Positions 1-9,660 of a DNA stretch of 64,000 nucleotides are shown piece by piece. The DNA comes from Pseudomonadota bacterium. Its GTDB lineage: Bacteria; Pseudomonadota; Alphaproteobacteria; G022571365. Position numbers and translations under genes: made by a program. Every line of letters begins with the position of its first letter. Position 1 is the first letter of the stretch. The DNA lies in the NCBI GenBank assembly GCA_022571365.1, contig JACZXZ010000008.1, forward strand, positions 2,262 to 66,261, read 5' to 3'. The notes under the pieces are model-generated. The model made no database searches. It was given only the letters and a program-made list of their open reading frames with translations, and was not told the origin of the DNA.

Positions 1-392
1 CGCCACAGGAGGATGCCCGGCGGGGCTGAATCGAGCCCGCTGATCACCGTCGAGCCGGTGGTGGTGATGCCCGACATGGCCTCGAAGAAGGCGTCGGTGA
101 AGCTCAGGCCCAGGTCGGAAAAGGCGAAGGGCAGGGAGGCGAAGGCCGCCAACACCACCCAGCTCGCGGTGGTCAGCACGAAGGCCTGGCGGATCGTCAG
201 CCTGATCCCGCGGGTGCGGTTGGTCAGCACCAGGGCGCCGCCGACGAACAGGGTCAGCGCGGCCGAGAGCGCGAACACCTGCCAGTCGGGATGGCCGACG
301 GCGGCGTCCGCCAGGGCGGGAATGCCCATGGCCACTGCCAGGGTCGCGAGCAGAATGCCAACGATGAAGAAGACCGGGCGAAGATCGATCAA
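1..392 (-). CDS. trkH: TrkH/KtrB-family potassium uptake protein, N-terminal part (gene continues beyond the window start)
   Basis: Minus-strand translation gives IDLRPVFFIVGILLATLAVAMGIPALADAAV...FFEAMSGITTTGSTVISGLDSAPPGILLWR, matching the first TM segments and the selectivity-loop motif of TrkH. No ATG is present; the start is probably the TTG near 392. The reading frame runs off the window edge. Confidence 0.65.
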   Translation of the reverse strand, partial: MIDLRPVFFIVGILLATLAVAMGIPALADAAVGHPDWQVFALSAALTLFVGGALVLTNRTRGIRLTIRQAFVLTTASWVVLAAFASLPFAFSDLGLSFTDAFFEAMSGITTTGSTVISGLDSAPPGILLW

Positions 393-520
393 GCTAGGCC
401 CACGATTTGCCGGTGCCAATCGTTCGGCAAGACCCGAGCGCTGTCCAGATCGCCGCGTCGGCCCAACCCCGCGGCCGGACGCCACGCCTTGGCGCCTGGG
501 GCCGGTCCGCCGCCGCTCGG

Positions 521-1321
521 CTACACGTTGGACAGCCGTTCGGTTGTCGGATTACCGATCATGGCGAGGAATTCCCGCCGCGTCGAGGGGTCAGTGCGGA
601 ACTCGCCCAGCATGTGGCTCGTGACCATGACCGCGCCGGGCTTGTGGACGCCGCGCGTGGTCATGCACTGGTGGGCAGCTTCGATCACCACCGCCACACC
701 CTTGGGCTCGAGGACCTGTTGGATGGTACTGGCGATCTGCACGGTCATCTTCTCCTGGATTTGCAGCCGTTTGGCGTAGACCTGGACGAGCCGCGCCAGC
801 TTGCTGATGCCGATGACGCGCCGCTTCGGCAGATAGGCCACGTGGGCCTTGCCGATGATCGGTGCGATGTGGTGCTCGCAGTGGGATTCGAAGCGGATGT
901 CGCGCAACATCACCATTTCGTCATAGCCGTCAACTTCCTCGATCGTCCGTTCCAACAGCGCCACCGGATCGATCTCATAGCCCGAGAAGAACTCTTCGAA
1001 GGCGCGCACGAAACGTTCCGGCGTCTCGGTGAGGCCCTTGCGGTCCGGGTCGTCGCCGGCCCAACGGATGAGGACACGCACCGCCGCCACCGCCTCCTCG
1101 CGGCCCGGCTTCAAGCGCGCAGGATCAGCCGGCCGGGGGGATTCTGGGACGGCGTCGAGCTTGGATGTCTTGGATACTGCCACAGCTTCCTCCCTTCTTA
1201 TCTCCGTCTCACCCTTACCGTCCCCCTTGCCGGCGCCGGCCGTGGGCCGCGGCCGAGTCAAGCCTCGGGGATTTACCGTCCATGGCTGGAAAGTCAAGGG
1301 GGCGACGCTGCCGGCGGACAC
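521..1321 (-). CDS. folE: GTP cyclohydrolase I
   Basis: Translation contains [23 protein letters not shown], the HCEHH zinc motif and the QERLT-like C-terminus typical of FolE. The true start is probably downstream of the first Met, because the N-terminal ~60 aa are low complexity. Confidence 0.85.
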   Translation of the reverse strand: MSAGSVAPLTFQPWTVNPRGLTRPRPTAGAGKGDGKGETEIRREEAVAVSKTSKLDAVPESPRPADPARLKPGREEAVAAVRVLIRWAGDDPDRKGLTETPERFVRAFEEFFSGYEIDPVALLERTIEEVDGYDEMVMLRDIRFESHCEHHIAPIIGKAHVAYLPKRRVIGISKLARLVQVYAKRLQIQEKMTVQIASTIQQVLEPKGVAVVIEAAHQCMTTRGVHKPGAVMVTSHMLGEFRTDPSTRREFLAMIGNPTTERLSNV

Positions 1322-1411
1322 AACCGTCCCCCCAGGCGCGGGCCGCGCGCCACCGCGGCCAGGGGCTCAGAGACGCTCGGTCCATCCGCTCCTTATCCAT
1401 CCCGTCAGGGC

Positions 1412-1837
1412 CTAATGAATCCGCGCCGACTCGTGCGGGCTGTCGAGCGAGAAGGCGGGGATATCGACTTTGAACTTCTGCCCGGACGCGGTTGTCATCT
1501 CATAGGTCCCCACCATGATGCCTGAAGGCGTCGGCAGCGGTGTGCCGCTCGTGTATTCGAAGGCCTCCCCAGGCTGTAGAATCGGCTGCTCACCGACCAC
1601 GCCGGCGCCGCGAACCTCCTGGACGCGGCCTTGCGCATCGGTGATCTTCCAGTGACGGTTAAGCAGCTGCACGGTCTCCGCGCCCTGGTTTTCGATGCGC
1701 ACTTGATAGGCCCACATATAATGATCCTCGTCCGGCGTGGACTGTTCATCCAGATAGAACGGCTTGACCTTCACCGTGATCGAATGAGTAGTTTTCACGT
1801 ACATGTTATAAAACCCCAGGTTGTTGCCGGAGTCCAC
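1412..1837 (-). CDS. apaG: ApaG (DUF525) protein
   Basis: 141 aa with TTHSITVKVKPFYLDEQSTPDEDHYMWAYQVRIENQG..., characteristic of the ApaG family. Confidence 0.8.
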   Translation of the reverse strand: MDSGNNLGFYNMYVKTTHSITVKVKPFYLDEQSTPDEDHYMWAYQVRIENQGAETVQLLNRHWKITDAQGRVQEVRGAGVVGEQPILQPGEAFEYTSGTPLPTPSGIMVGTYEMTTASGQKFKVDIPAFSLDSPHESARIH

Positions 1838-1953
1838 TGAAGAAAGTCTGCCGACGGCTCATTTTAAGGCAAGAGTTTGCTTTGTCTAGGCCGCTTTCAG
1901 GGTTGCCGGCACCGTTCCCGCCGCGCCGACGGCGCCCCGGCGCACCCCGAAGG

Positions 1954-2787
1954 CTAGCGAAACAGGATTTCAGTCCGCCGATTCCGCGGCTCGCGTACCT
2001 CATCCGGGGTCGGCACCTGGGGGCGGGACTCGCCGAGTCCTATGGCGGTCAGGCGGACCGCCGGAAGGCCGGCCCGGATCAGCGCCTGGCGGACCTCGTC
2101 GGCGCGCTTGAGCGACAGGGTCATGTTGTAGCCTTCCGGCCCGGCCCGGTCGGTGTGGCCGATGATGGTGATGGCCGGGGCCGCGAGCTCCGAGGCCTTG
2201 GTCGCGGCCGCCACGACCGCGGCCGCGCCGGCGGCGCCGATCTCGGCGCTGTCAAAGTTGAAATATATCCGGTAGCCGTCGGGCGGTGCGGCGGGCGCCA
2301 TCGCCTGTTCAACCCTGGCGAGCGCCGTGTTAAACCCGTTGCGGCACCGGGCGATGTGGTCCCATTGGAAGTTTTCCTCCTGCTGTTCCACCCAGCAGTC
2401 GAACCTGGCCTGGGCGAGGGCGGCCTGCTCGGGCGCGGCTGTCCGTCCTCCGGCCTCAAGCGCGGCGACCAGCCGCCGCCGGGCGCCGTCCAGCTCGGCG
2501 CGCTTGTCCGGCGGAAGTTTCCAGTCGGCCGGATCTTCCGGCGGCATCACCTCCCCGCGGCTCGCGCGATAGCCTTTGACCGCGAAGTGCTCCGCGTCGA
2601 CGAAGTCCTGCATCTGGTCGCGCTCGAATTTGGCGAAGTCGATGTACTCGCGGGCCAGCGTCTGGGTAAAGCCGGAGCCCTTGGCCGGCGCCTGGCTGAG
2701 CGCCTCCAGGTTCCAGCTGGCACAGCCTGACGCCAGCGCGCCGATGGCAATGGCTAAAAACGGTTTGAGAGTTCCTGTCACGCGCAT
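1954..2787 (-). CDS. OmpA-family lipoprotein (peptidoglycan-associated)
   Basis: Signal peptide with lipobox (ALASGCAS). C-terminal OmpA-like domain: GHTDRAGPEGYNMTLSLKRADEVRQALIRAG...NRRTEILF. Confidence 0.8.
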   Translation of the reverse strand: MRVTGTLKPFLAIAIGALASGCASWNLEALSQAPAKGSGFTQTLAREYIDFAKFERDQMQDFVDAEHFAVKGYRASRGEVMPPEDPADWKLPPDKRAELDGARRRLVAALEAGGRTAAPEQAALAQARFDCWVEQQEENFQWDHIARCRNGFNTALARVEQAMAPAAPPDGYRIYFNFDSAEIGAAGAAAVVAAATKASELAAPAITIIGHTDRAGPEGYNMTLSLKRADEVRQALIRAGLPAVRLTAIGLGESRPQVPTPDEVREPRNRRTEILFR

Positions 2788-2959
2788 TTTGCCTTCCTTT
2801 CGGTGTGTGCGGTGTATGCCGTGGTTGGCGCGCGAGTCACCGGGCCCACAGGCTCCGCGCGCGCTTACCCTGGGTCAGCGCTAGCACACTCGTTGGGCGA
2901 AGGCGTGGCCGATTGTGTCGAAAGCTGGGCGATGCCGGGGTTTTGTTGCGGCAGCGTGG

Positions 2960-4198
2960 TCAGGCGGCGGCCAGGGCCTGGGCCAGGTCCTCCTTGATGT
3001 CCTCGACGTCCTCGAGGCCGACCGAAAGCCGCACCAGGGCGCCGGTGATGCCGAGATGCGCGCGTTCTTCCTCGCTCAGCCGCTGGTGCGTGGTCGTTGC
3101 CGGATGGGTGATCAAGCTCTTGGCGTCGCCCAGATTGTTCGAGATGTCGATGAGCTTGAGCGCGTTCAAGAAGCGGAAGGCACGCTTCTTGCCGCCGTCG
3201 ACCTCGAAGGACACGATGCTGCCGGCGTCCTTCATCTGCGCCTTGGCGAGGGCGTGCTGCGGGTGGTTCGGAAGGCCGGAGTAGATCACCCGGCGGATGC
3301 CCCGCTCGCCGCTCAGGAACGCGGCAATTTCGCCCGCCCCGGCGCAGTGGCGCGCGACCCTGAGCTCCAGCGTCTCCAAGCCTTTGAGCAGCAGCCAGGC
3401 GTTGAACGGGCTCAAGGCCGGGCCGGTGTGACGCAGGAAGGGCTGCAGCTCCTCCTCGATGAAGGTGGCGTCGGCCAGGATGGCGCCGCCCAGCGACCGG
3501 CCCTGGCCGTCGATGTGCTTGGTCGCCGAGTAGACGACGATGTCGGCGCCGTACTCCATCGGCAGCTGCAGCATCGGCGTGGCGAGCACGTTGTCGACCA
3601 CGAGCCGGGCGCCGGCGGCGTGGGCCAGCTCGGCGACGGCGGCGAGGTCGATGATCTCGAGCGTCGGGTTGGAGGGGCTCTCCAGGAAGACACAGGTGGT
3701 TTTCTCGCTGAGCGCTTCCCGCCACTGGTCCAGATCGGTGCCGTCGACCATGACCGACTCGATGCCGTAGCGGGGCAACAGCTCCGCGACAATGTACTGG
3801 CACGAGCCGAACAGCGCGCGGGACGAGACGATCCGGTCGCCGGCCTTGAGCTGGCACATCAGCGAGGCGAACACCGCGGCCATGCCGCTGGCGGTGGCGC
3901 GCGCGGCCTCGGCCCCCTCGATCAGGCACATGCGTTCCTCGAACATGGCCACGGTAGGGTTCGAGAAGCGGGAGTAGATGAAGCGTTCCGTCTCGCCCTT
4001 GAAGGCCGCCTCGGCTTGCTCCGCCGCCTCGTAGACGAAGCCCGAGGTGAGGAACAGGCCCTCGCATGTCTCCCGGAAGCTGGACCGCTTGAGGCCGCCG
4101 CGAACGAGCCGTGTGCGCAGGCGCCACGCCTGCGCCTCGCCGCCTTTGGCCGACTTTTCCCCGTCGGCCTTCCCGTCAGTTGAAGGGGTGTCTGCCAT
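2960..4198 (-). CDS. metZ: O-succinylhomoserine sulfhydrylase (Cys/Met-metabolism PLP enzyme)
   Basis: The ATG at 4198 is preceded by AGGAGG. Translation has the PLP-fold signatures (SATKHIDGQGRSLGG, FNAWLLLKGLETLELR, NLGDAKSLITHPATTTH). Confidence 0.85.
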   Translation of the reverse strand: MADTPSTDGKADGEKSAKGGEAQAWRLRTRLVRGGLKRSSFRETCEGLFLTSGFVYEAAEQAEAAFKGETERFIYSRFSNPTVAMFEERMCLIEGAEAARATASGMAAVFASLMCQLKAGDRIVSSRALFGSCQYIVAELLPRYGIESVMVDGTDLDQWREALSEKTTCVFLESPSNPTLEIIDLAAVAELAHAAGARLVVDNVLATPMLQLPMEYGADIVVYSATKHIDGQGRSLGGAILADATFIEEELQPFLRHTGPALSPFNAWLLLKGLETLELRVARHCAGAGEIAAFLSGERGIRRVIYSGLPNHPQHALAKAQMKDAGSIVSFEVDGGKKRAFRFLNALKLIDISNNLGDAKSLITHPATTTHQRLSEEERAHLGITGALVRLSVGLEDVEDIKEDLAQALAAA

Positions 4199-4254
4199 CC
4201 TCGCCTCCTGGTGCGCCGCGGCCCCGAGCCGCACTGCCGCCGCCGCCACAAAAA

Positions 4255-4278
4255 AAAGCCCCGGCCGGATCGGTCAGG
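4255..4278 (-). terminator. Intrinsic terminator-like hairpin plus U-tract in the metZ leader, between the riboswitch and the metZ start
   Basis: Minus-strand GAUCCGGCCGGGGCUUUUUUUUG: the CCGGCCGG palindrome is followed by a U8 run. It is preceded by a 3-codon uORF (AUGGAGCCCUGA). Confidence 0.45.
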
Positions 4279-4300
4279 GCTCCATCGCGCTCCGACCTTT

Positions 4301-4353
4301 TAGCAGGTTGTTTTACGTGGCCGCAAGCCGGTCGGGGCAAATCGCCACGTAGG
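4301..4353 (-). ncRNA. Candidate SAM-II (metA-type) riboswitch in the metZ leader
   Basis: Minus-strand RNA GUGGCGAUUUGCCCCGACCGGCUUGCGGCCACGUAAAACAACCUGCUAAAAGG. It has a GUGGC/GCCAC stem, the GAUUUGC and GCUUGC elements and a 3' GCUAAAAGG tail that sequesters an SD-like AAAGG, all typical of the alphaproteobacterial SAM-II aptamer. It lies about 100 nt upstream of metZ. Confidence 0.5.
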
Positions 4354-4420
4354 CCCAGGGTGTAGTCGCTCGGGCCCGCCCTGTCAAGGAGCCGGGAGGG
4401 CCGCCTTCATGGGTCGGGCG

Positions 4421-5386
4421 TCATTTCGCCAGGGTGCTGCACGAGCCGCCGCCGAGCACGCAGAATCGGGCGCAATGGGGGTGGTTGAGCTTCACCTCCC
4501 GGTCCGCCTCGGCAAGAGTGTGCCCGAGTTCGAACTGGAGGTCATAGGGCAGCAGGGTGCAGGGCAACACCGTGGGATGATCCGCGCCCTTGCGTTTGAC
4601 CACCATGCGCGAGGTCGCGCACATCACCGAGTCCGGGTCGACGCCCAGGATTTCCCAGCAGGCCTCCGTGATCTCCGGCACGTCGAGCCGTTCGTCCATC
4701 TCGGGGAAGAGGATGAGCGCGACGGGGTCGCTCGCGTCGAGCCGGATGCCGGAGGCGGCGAACAACCGCGCATAGCCCCGGCGCAGGGCGGCCTCCGGCT
4801 CGTCCCAGCAGGTGCGTCCGGCGAGACGCATGGCGAACCCGTTGTCGGACAGCCAGCGGAGGCCGTCGAGGGTCCTGGCCCAGGAGTTGGCGCCGCGCAG
4901 GCGCTCGTGCAGCGCCTGGGTGTAGTGGTCCAGGGAGACGCGAATCACGAGCCGGTCGCCGAATCGCTGGTGAAGGTCGATCAGCCGGGCCGCGCATTTC
5001 ATCATCGGTCGCATGGCGTTGGTCAGCACCAGCGTCTGGTAGCCTCGCCCCAGCGCGGCCTCCAGCATGGCGATGATCTCCGGGTTCATGAACGGCTCGC
5101 CGCCGGTGAAGCCGATCTCTTGCGTGTCCCCGCCCTCGCGCCCGATTTCGTCCAGATAAGCCACGACCTCATCGGCCGTGATGTAGACCAGCCGGTCGTT
5201 GGTCGGGCTCGACTCGATGTAGCAGTTCACGCAGGTGAGGTTGCACAGCGTGCCGGTGTTGAACCACAGCGTCTCGAGCGCGTTGAGGCGGACCGATGCG
5301 CGCTTGGCGCCGGTCGCGGTTCGGTCGGGGTCGCGGAACTTGGCGGGCTCGAGATGCGGCGACGGCTGGGCGGCGAGGCTGGTCAT
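4421..5386 (-). CDS. Radical SAM domain protein
   Basis: CNLTCVNCY (CxxxCxxC) near the N-terminus, followed by glycine-rich SAM-binding motifs (GFTGGEPF). The ATG at 5386 is preceded by GAAGGAG. The upstream 29 codons of the reported ORF are likely not translated. Confidence 0.75.
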   Translation of the reverse strand: MTSLAAQPSPHLEPAKFRDPDRTATGAKRASVRLNALETLWFNTGTLCNLTCVNCYIESSPTNDRLVYITADEVVAYLDEIGREGGDTQEIGFTGGEPFMNPEIIAMLEAALGRGYQTLVLTNAMRPMMKCAARLIDLHQRFGDRLVIRVSLDHYTQALHERLRGANSWARTLDGLRWLSDNGFAMRLAGRTCWDEPEAALRRGYARLFAASGIRLDASDPVALILFPEMDERLDVPEITEACWEILGVDPDSVMCATSRMVVKRKGADHPTVLPCTLLPYDLQFELGHTLAEADREVKLNHPHCARFCVLGGGSCSTLAK

Positions 5387-5581
5387 GACACTCCTTCGAA
5401 GAGCCGGTATCGGGTGGCTTGCCCGGGGAAGTAACGGCCGTTTTTTGTCCGGATTCGCCCCCCATTTAGCCAAGGGCTTCGCTCTAGTGCAACCATATTT
5501 GAATCATAACTTCGTGGTCGGCAAGAACGGAGGCTTCGGACCGTCGGCTGCGATAGCGGGCCGGGCGGCTCCCCCTTGCGC

Positions 5582-5609
5582 TTGCGGCGTGACCGGCGCG
5601 CACTATAAT
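5582..5609 (+). promoter_or_regulatory. Sigma70-type promoter for tRNA-Gly
   Basis: TTGCGG (-35), a 16-nt spacer, then TATAAT (-10), about 55 nt upstream of the tRNA. Confidence 0.45.
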
Positions 5610-5664
5610 AACGCCGTCTGCCGTGGTCGGGCCAACGCCCGGCCGGCGGCGGCCGCTCATCCGG

Positions 5665-5738
5665 GCGGGTGTAGCTCAGTGGCAGAGTAGGAGCTTCCCA
5701 AGCTCAAGACGGGGGTTCGATTCCCCTCACCCGCTCCA
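5665..5738 (+). tRNA. tRNA-Gly (anticodon CCC)
   Basis: Cloverleaf: acceptor GCGGGTG/CACCCGC, D-arm GCTC-AGTGGCA-GAGT, anticodon stem-loop GGAGC-TTCCCAA-GCTCA (U33, anticodon CCC, A37), T-arm GGGGG-TTCGATT-CCCCT, encoded CCA. Confidence 0.85.
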
Positions 5739-5873
5739 ACCCCTCTTCGTCTTATCCCGTGGAAGGTAGCATTGGGCGAGGCCGCCGAGGTGCAGCCGGG
5801 CTTTGCCGTGTGGGCGTGAAAGGGCCTGGGCGAGCAGGGGGGGACTTCGGCCTGGACCCGACCTAGAAGGCCG

Positions 5874-6821
5874 CTACCCGCCCAGGCAGTCGCGGAACGA
5901 GGCGGCGAGGTCGGCCATGAGGGCGAAATAGGCCTCGGGTCCGGGTGCCAGTCCGGCGCCCAGGGGGTCGAGAACGCCGGTCCTCGCGCCCGTCCCTTCG
6001 ATCACGGTCCTGACCAGGGCCGGTTCGAACTGCGGTTCGGTGAAGACACAGCGCACCCCGAGAGCCTCGATTTTGCGGCGGACCTCGCTGAGCCGTCTCG
6101 CCCCCGGCTTGCGCCCCGGATCCGGGGCGAGGGCGGCCACATGGAAGAGGCCGTAGCGCCGCTCGAAATAGCCATAGGCGTCATGGAGAACCACATAGGG
6201 CACCTCCCTGACCGGCGCCAGGGTGCGCCGGAGCTCCGCGTCCAGGGCCTCGATCCGGGCCAAAAGCCGCTCGCCGTTCGCGGCGTAGCCTGTCCCGTTC
6301 GCCGGATCGACCCGGATGAGCGCCGCCACGGCCGCTTGCACGATCGCCCGCGCGTTGTCGGGGTCGAGCCAGATGTGGGGATCGGTCCCGCCAGGCCGAT
6401 GGGCGCGTGGGTCCCCCTCCGGACCCGGTTCGCCGCCGCGTCCCTCTCCCGCCGCATCCTCGCCCGGCAGCCGGGTGATGCCCTGGGCTTCGCCGAGTTC
6501 GACGATGAGGGCGTCCGCGCTCAACGCCTTGAGCGGCTTCTCGAGGAAGGTCTCCAGAGCCCCGCCGATCCAGAACACCAGCCGGGCCCGGCTCAGGCTC
6601 CCTGCCTCGGACGGTCGAAGGGAATAGCTGTGGGGCGAGGCGCCGCCCTTGACGATCAGCTTCGGCATTCCGATACCCGCCATGACCCCGGCCACCAGGG
6701 AATGGACCGGCTGGATGCTGACCACGACCGCGGGCTCGGCCGCGCCCGAGCCGGCGGTGGCCGCCGCCAGGGCGAGAGCGGCCAGGCCCGGGGACAGGAG
6801 GGTGCGGGCCAGGCGCCGCAT
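5874..6821 (-). CDS. znuA: Zinc ABC transporter substrate-binding protein
   Basis: Signal peptide, then the cluster-9 SBP fold with the His/Asp/Glu-rich loop (GEDAAGEGRGGEPGPEGDPRAHRPGGTDPHIW) typical of ZnuA. It is divergent from zur-znuCB. The reported ORF has a 68-aa repeat-derived extension upstream of the likely start. Confidence 0.85.
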   Translation of the reverse strand: MRRLARTLLSPGLAALALAAATAGSGAAEPAVVVSIQPVHSLVAGVMAGIGMPKLIVKGGASPHSYSLRPSEAGSLSRARLVFWIGGALETFLEKPLKALSADALIVELGEAQGITRLPGEDAAGEGRGGEPGPEGDPRAHRPGGTDPHIWLDPDNARAIVQAAVAALIRVDPANGTGYAANGERLLARIEALDAELRRTLAPVREVPYVVLHDAYGYFERRYGLFHVAALAPDPGRKPGARRLSEVRRKIEALGVRCVFTEPQFEPALVRTVIEGTGARTGVLDPLGAGLAPGPEAYFALMADLAASFRDCLGG

Positions 6822-7132
6822 AAGAAGTCCTCGCCGTGCCCCGAGGGCCGGGTCGCGGGCCTTCGGGCCGTACGCCGGGTCTAGGGCCTTCGGGCCGTAC
6901 CGCGTCACGGACCGTTCCATTGGTCGTCCAAGTGGTTCCATCGGTCGTTCACAGGGCCTCGCCTTCGGTGCGCGGGGATGGATGCCGGCCGGTTGCGGGG
7001 CCGTTGCCGACTCTTCCAGACGCATCCGCGACGCATCCGCGCCCCTCGCTCGGGGTTCCTCGGGTCGATGTTCGGCGGCGCGTCTTCTCGTCCTCTCGAG
7101 CCATTTGCGCCCTTAGCGCGAGGGGAGCCACG

Positions 7133-7199
7133 GTGTTTCGAATAAGAAGCCGCAGTGTTGCGAATAAGGAGCCGCGGTGTTGCGAATAAAAGGAATCGC
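7133..7199. repeat. Three tandem ~22-bp repeats (GTGTTKCGAATAAGRAGCCGCR) in the znuA/zur divergent promoter region
   Basis: Read directly: gtgtttcgaataagaagccgca / gtgttgcgaataaggagccgcg / gtgttgcgaataaaaggaatcgc. Confidence 0.7.
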
Positions 7200-7214
7200 T
7201 ATTCTTCATAAATT

Positions 7215-7232
7215 GATATGATATATCATATC
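7215..7232. promoter_or_regulatory. Zur box: perfect 18-bp palindrome GATATGATA-TATCATATC
   Basis: AT-rich perfect inverted repeat in the intergenic region between the divergent znuA and zur-znuC-znuB genes. It matches the Fur-family/Zur operator architecture. Confidence 0.7.
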
Positions 7233-7346
7233 ATGAGTTGGCGACACAGTTCCTCCATGGTTGGCCTCGGCGTGGGGGCTGTGGGCCCTGCGATCCAGCC
7301 GGATTGGCCGGAGACGGACGAGGCACCGGTTTCATGAAGGGCGCTT

Positions 7347-7895
7347 TTGACTTCCGGCACGATTGAGGCGGGGATGACGCGTAAACCACCGGCCAGCCAA
7401 CAGCCTTTCGCAGCCGCGGATCACGACCATCAGGGCTGCGTCGACGCGGCGGTCGCGGCGGCGGTGGAGATATGCGCCGGGCGGGGTGCGCGGCTCACCA
7501 AGCTGCGCCGCCGCGTCCTCGAGCTGGTGTGGGGCAGCCACGGTCCGGTCGGCGCCTATGCCATCCTCGAGCGGCTCGGACGGGATGGCCGCAGGGCGGC
7601 GCCGCCGACCGTCTATCGGGCGCTGGGGTTTCTGGTCGACCAGGGGCTGGTTCACCGCATCGAGTCCCGGAACGCCTATGTCGGATGTCCCGACCCGGGC
7701 GAGTCCCATGTCGGGCAGTTTCTGATCTGCCGCGTCTGCGGCGCCGCGGCCGAGCTGGACGACGGGCGCATTCATGCGGCCGTCGTCCGCGGCGCCAGGG
7801 ATGTGGGCTTCCGGGTCCAGCATCAAACCATCGAGGTCATGGGCCTGTGCCCCTATTGCCAGGCGCGCCGGACGGACGCCCCCGATGACGGCTGA
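7347..7895 (+). CDS. zur: Zinc uptake regulator (Fur family)
   Basis: Fur-family DNA-binding helix ([20 protein letters not shown]) and metal-binding motifs (HQGC, CxxC...CPYC). An alternative start lies at 7374. The stop overlaps the znuC start. Confidence 0.85.
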   Translation: MTSGTIEAGMTRKPPASQQPFAAADHDHQGCVDAAVAAAVEICAGRGARLTKLRRRVLELVWGSHGPVGAYAILERLGRDGRRAAPPTVYRALGFLVDQGLVHRIESRNAYVGCPDPGESHVGQFLICRVCGAAAELDDGRIHAAVVRGARDVGFRVQHQTIEVMGLCPYCQARRTDAPDDG

Positions 7896-8688
7896 CTCGC
7901 ATCAGGCCGCGATCCTGGCGGAGGCGAGCGGCGTCGACGTCGCCTTCGGCGGGCGCCAGGTTCTCGCCGGCGTCGACCTGGCTGTCCATGAAGGCGAGAT
8001 CGTCACCCTGATCGGTCCCAACGGTGCCGGCAAATCCACCCTGGTCAGGGTCGTCCTCGGCCTCCTACGCCCGCTGCGGGGCAGCGTCTTCCTCCGCGCC
8101 GGCACGCGTATCGGGTATGCGCCCCAGCATGTGGCGATCGACCGCACCCTGCCGCTCACCGTGCGCCGCTTCGTCAGCCTCTCGGGCGCGCCGGCGCGCG
8201 CGACCATTCTGGCCGCGCTCGACGAGGTCGGCGCCGCCCGCGTCATCGACAGCCCGGTCCAGGACATTTCCGGCGGTGAGTTCCGGCGCGTGCTGCTCGC
8301 CCGCGCCCTGCTGCGCGAGCCCGACCTCCTGGTCCTCGACGAGCCGGTCCAGGGCGTCGATATGACCGGTCAGGCCGAGCTGTTCGAGCTTATCTCCGAG
8401 ATCCGGCGCCGGCGCGGCTGCGGCGTGCTCATGGTGTCCCACGATCTCCACCTGGTCATGGCGGCGACCGACCAGGTTGTCTGCCTGAACAGCCACGTCT
8501 GCTGCACCGGCCACCCCGAGGCGGTCAGCCGGCACCCGGCCTATCTCGCCCTGTTCGGGCCGCGGGTGGCCGCCGAGCTTGCGCTTTACGCCCATCGTCA
8601 CGACCACCGCCACGATGCGGCCGGCAAGGTGGTCCCGATCGGGTCGGGCGACACCGGGTCGGAGGACGGGGGCCGCGCCCGTGGATGA
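7885..8688 (+). CDS. znuC: Zinc ABC transporter ATP-binding protein
   Basis: Walker [13 protein letters not shown] signature [15 protein letters not shown], Walker B LLVLDEP. His-rich C-terminal tail (HRHDHRHD). Confidence 0.9.
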   Translation: MTADSHQAAILAEASGVDVAFGGRQVLAGVDLAVHEGEIVTLIGPNGAGKSTLVRVVLGLLRPLRGSVFLRAGTRIGYAPQHVAIDRTLPLTVRRFVSLSGAPARATILAALDEVGAARVIDSPVQDISGGEFRRVLLARALLREPDLLVLDEPVQGVDMTGQAELFELISEIRRRRGCGVLMVSHDLHLVMAATDQVVCLNSHVCCTGHPEAVSRHPAYLALFGPRVAAELALYAHRHDHRHDAAGKVVPIGSGDTGSEDGGRARG

Positions 8689-9484
8689 CTTCCTCGTGCG
8701 GGCGCTTCTGGGCGGCCTTGGCGTGGCGGCGGTGGCCGGGGCGCTCGGCTGCTTCGTGGTGTGGCGGCGGATGGCCTATTTCGGCGACGCGCTCGCCCAC
8801 TCGGCCTTGCTGGGCGTCGCCCTCGGGATTCTCCTGAACGTCGAGCTGAGCGCCGGGGTCATCGTGGTCTGCGTTCTGCTGGCGTTGATCCTGGTGGCGT
8901 TGCAACGGCTGAGATTGCTCGCGAGCGACACGCTCTTGGGCATCCTGGCCCACAGCGCGCTCGCCCTTGGACTGGTGGCCGCCGCCTTCATAGCGCCCAT
9001 GAGGTTCGATCTGTTGTCCTACCTGTTCGGAGATATCCTGGCCGTCACCGTCACCGATCTTTACTGGATCTATGGCGGCGGCATGGTGGTGCTGGCGGTG
9101 CTGGCGGCGATCTGGCGGCCGCTGCTGGCGATCACCGTGGACGAAGAGCTGGCCCAGGTCGACGGGGTTCCGGTGGTCGCCGTGCGCCTCGCCTTCATGT
9201 TGCTGATCGCCGTCGTCATCGCCATCGCGCTGAAGATCGTGGGCGTTCTCTTAATCACCTCGCTCATGATCATTCCGGCGGCGACGGCCCGGCGCCTGGC
9301 CCGCACGCCCGAGCAGATGGCGGTTTATGCCGGCCTCATCGGCTGCCTGGCCGTGGCCGGCGGGCTCGCCGGCTCGCTCGCCTGGGACACGCCTTCGGGG
9401 CCATCGGTGGTGGTCGCCGCCGCGCTGATCTTTACCTTGAGCGCCCTCGCGCCCCGGCGCCGCGGCCGCGCGCCGTTGCCGTAG
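8685..9484 (+). CDS. znuB: Zinc ABC transporter permease
   Basis: The start overlaps the znuC stop (ATGA). Polytopic membrane protein with ZnuB-like segments ([17 protein letters not shown]). Confidence 0.85.
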
Positions 9485-9610
9485 GCCTCTCTTTGCCCGG
9501 GGGTCACGCGCAGCGCGACGTGCAGCCTGGGACTCGCCGACGGCCGCAGGTCCGCCGACCGCCGGCCCGCCGGCTCGCAGACCTGCCGACCTCAGGTTCT
9601 CCCGCAGCCC

Positions 9611-9660
9611 AGTATCAGGTCGATTCAGTATCAGGTCGCTTCAGTATCAGGTCGATTCCG
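9611..9660. repeat. Three tandem 16-bp repeats (CAGTATCAGGTCGNTT) immediately 3' of the small secreted-protein gene
   Basis: cagtatcaggtcgattcagtatcaggtcgcttcagtatcaggtcgatt. Each unit contains TGA on the minus strand. Confidence 0.7.

Noticed and set aside
2865-4183. Long overlapping ORFs on both strands across metZ (2865..4127 minus, 2915..4183 plus)
   Set aside because: The translations are low-complexity R/G/P/A-rich. The metZ frame has clear PLP-enzyme motifs and an RBS.
9611-9660. Possible CRISPR array (short direct repeats here and at 59877-60046)
   Set aside because: There are only 2-3 units, directly abutting with no unique spacers. The units are 16 bp or 85 bp rather than the 24-48-bp repeat/spacer alternation. 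No cas genes are nearby.
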